From Vermamoeba vermiformis (taxonomy: Eukaryota), in the NCBI GenBank assembly GCA_045837725.1, contig JBEWZL010000163.1:248001-312000 (forward strand): a DNA stretch of 64,000 bases. The letters are read 5' to 3'. The position numbers were made by a program, and so were the translations under genes. Position 1 is the first letter of the stretch, and each line of letters begins with the position of its first letter. Below are positions 61,936-64,000 of the stretch, piece after piece. Under the pieces are notes generated by a model. That model was not told the origin of the DNA. It searched no databases and saw nothing but the letters and a program-made list of their open reading frames with translations.

Positions 61936-64000
61936 ATGCAAGAGTCGAGAACAACTCTCACTAGCTTTAGTTTACTGCGCCCTATTGGACAGAGCAGATT
62001 GCTCAATCTCGCTGGAGGTGTAGTAAACTTTGGCATTAATTCAAGCACTAGAGTCATCAAGGGTAGTCTCCATCTGGTGGATCGATCTGTTGGTACTTCG
62101 GTCAACATTACCAAGTCTGCTATTGGCTTAGTCAGAAATAGTATCAACTTGGGATGTGACCTGGCAGTCGGCGTCGTCGATGTAGGCAAGAACTTGACCA
62201 CGGGCGTCATCAAGGTAATTTGCAACAAGATCCCGATCGCACGATCCGAGGCTCGAAATTTCTGCAGAAACTTGCACCAATGCCTTATCCAAAAAGATAT
62301 ATGATACATGTCACTAACAATGATATAGAATGTCGAAGGAAAAGTCGAGTACGCAACGGAGACGACCAAGAAGATCCTGCACATCGACATGCCTCGTTTG
62401 ATGCCCGCGATGAAGACGCACGCTAAACTCCAGGTACTGCTTCAATCTGCAACTATGCCAGGATATACATATGTTCCATCGACTTTGACTAAATATGTTC
62501 CCATCTCTGAACTACAGATCGACGAAGAAGAAAGCCTCATTAATCGTAATAGACTTAAGAAGGCCGTTAAGGGCCACGAGAAGAGCGAAGTCGCCGATTT
62601 AACTCGCTTGATGATGGTCGCTGAAGAATGGAACGCTGATGTCAACAAAGAGTCCCCGATCGTCAGCAAAGCCGAAAAGAAAGGACAAAAGAAAGACGTT
62701 GGTGTTAAGAAGGCCAAAGCTCCTGAAGCTGCTGGTGCCAAGGCTGGAAAGTACGAACGAGAAGAAGGCCTCGAAAGCAAGAAACGCAAGGTTTCAGAAC
62801 ATTTGCCAAGACCACAACTCATCTCGTTGGCGTTCAAGAACGAATTGGCTGAGAAGCGCAGAGACTTCGAGAGAAGACGCCCCAAGCGTCCTTTGAGCGA
62901 CAAGCTCAAGCTCGACATTCAATCCCGTCGCAAGGCCTTTGACGAGCGGATGTCACGCCAACAACTCTTCAACGCCACTGAATTCAAGCGCGAGTTGATT
63001 GAAATGCGCCGCGAATTTGATCAAAGACGCGAACTGAAGATTGAAGAACAAAGACATCGACGCGAGGTTGAAATCAAGCGCAAAGAGTTCCAAGAACGTA
63101 AACAACACGACAAAAAATTGAAGAAGCAACACGCCCAAGAAAAGAAGCACGACGAAGAGGTGCGATTGCTGTCGCAAAAGGAGAAGAAACAACGTCAATT
63201 GGAGAACCAACGCAAACACGAAGAAGAAGAGAAACAAACTCACGAGCAACAAGAGTAAGTAAAAAAGATGACACGCTACTAATGATCACGTGACTGATTT
63301 CCTTTTTAGGCAACTGAGAGAGCGCAGAAGACTCGCCAAGGAAGAGAAATTGAAGCGCGATGTTGAAATAAAGCGACGAATGGACTACGAAGAGGCCATG
63401 AAACGCGACGCCGAAAAGAGACAACAACAGAAGCACGAGAAGGAAATTAAAGGCAATAAGATCAACAAAGACAAGATCTGGACTTTGAAGGCCGAGAACG
63501 CTGCTTTGCGCGAAACCCTTGCTCGTTTGAAGGAAGAGAAGTTGATTGCTTACTCCGAGCACTTCCCCACTCTGCCCAAGAAAGAAGAGTCCCTCGAGTC
63601 CTATGAAAAACACCCTGTCGCTGAAAAGCCTAAGCAAGTTGAAAAGCCCAAAGAAGAGCTCAAGAAAGAAAAGCCCAAGCAAATTGAAAAGCCTAAGAAA
63701 GAGCTCAAGAAAGAAAAGCCCGAGTCCGTTCAAAAAGAAAGACTGCCTCTGGATCAGGCGCAAGAAATCATGGCCTCTAATGTCCTGTCCAAGCCCATCG
63801 AAGGCCAAGAAGGCAAGCTCGGCGAGTCCGAACAGGCTAAGGAGGTCGAGAAGCCCGTTGAAAAAGAGGAAGAACTCACGGCCACGGACAAGTACTTTGT
63901 GCAACACGTCGTGCAGCCCAACATTAGCTTCGCTGACGCTGTCAAGATGAACCCTGAAGAAGCTGAACAAAAGCGCAAGCGATTCGAGGAACAACAAGCC
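61936..64000 (+). CDS. Uncharacterised protein (3' truncated): amphipathic 11-mer-like N-terminus plus E/K/R-rich helical region; introns 62215-62328, 63256-63310
   Basis: Three exons join in frame across GT-AG introns with ctaac/ctaat branch points, and the frame stays open to the window end. Confidence 0.8.
63623..63721 (+). repeat. 45-bp tandem repeat x2.2 encoding EKPKQ[VI]EKPK[EK]ELKK
   Basis: Units 63623-63667 and 63668-63712, plus a partial third unit. Confidence 0.9.

Noticed and set aside
1-64000. CRISPR arrays, tRNA/rRNA genes, transposases, recoding or alternative genetic code
   Set aside because: No spaced direct repeats, cloverleafs or transposase motifs seen. Every ORF break I checked is explained by a spliceosomal intron under the standard code. 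Small ncRNAs cannot be excluded without a covariance-model search.

Overview
Gene-dense eukaryotic chromosome segment with many short spliceosomal introns (mostly ~45-60 nt, GT-AG, CTAAC/CTAAT-type branch points, at least three GC-AG). The dynein sequence looks Dictyostelium-like, and SMG1, FHIP and Mdm31 occur together, which suggests an amoebozoan protist (inference). I find 21 protein-coding genes: AQR (5' partial), a Nup58-like nucleoporin, NIF3-like, mS34, FHIP/FAM160, DNA ligase IV, cytoplasmic dynein heavy chain, BMS1, SMG1, a 77-aa APC16-like microgene missing from the ORF track, an unknown protein with GT-[VIM]-R repeats, PRPF4, NDUFB2, an RI-type LRR protein, four tandem secreted beta-propeller-like paralogs, Mdm31/32, an RCC1-repeat protein, and a 3'-partial charged protein with a perilipin-like N-terminus. 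I recognised no rRNA, tRNA, CRISPR array or transposon. The main unexplained signals are: (i) a TGAC[A/G]CGTGTCA palindrome clustered in introns of unrelated genes, independent of transcript strand; (ii) tandem GATC pairs in promoters and 5' introns; (iii) a secreted-protein array with divergent N-halves and a recently homogenised C-half; (iv) the divergent pair formed by the APC16-like gene and the putative phospho-docking scaffold; (v) a U12-like intron. Exon boundaries were read by eye, and homology calls come from recalled motifs, not database searches.
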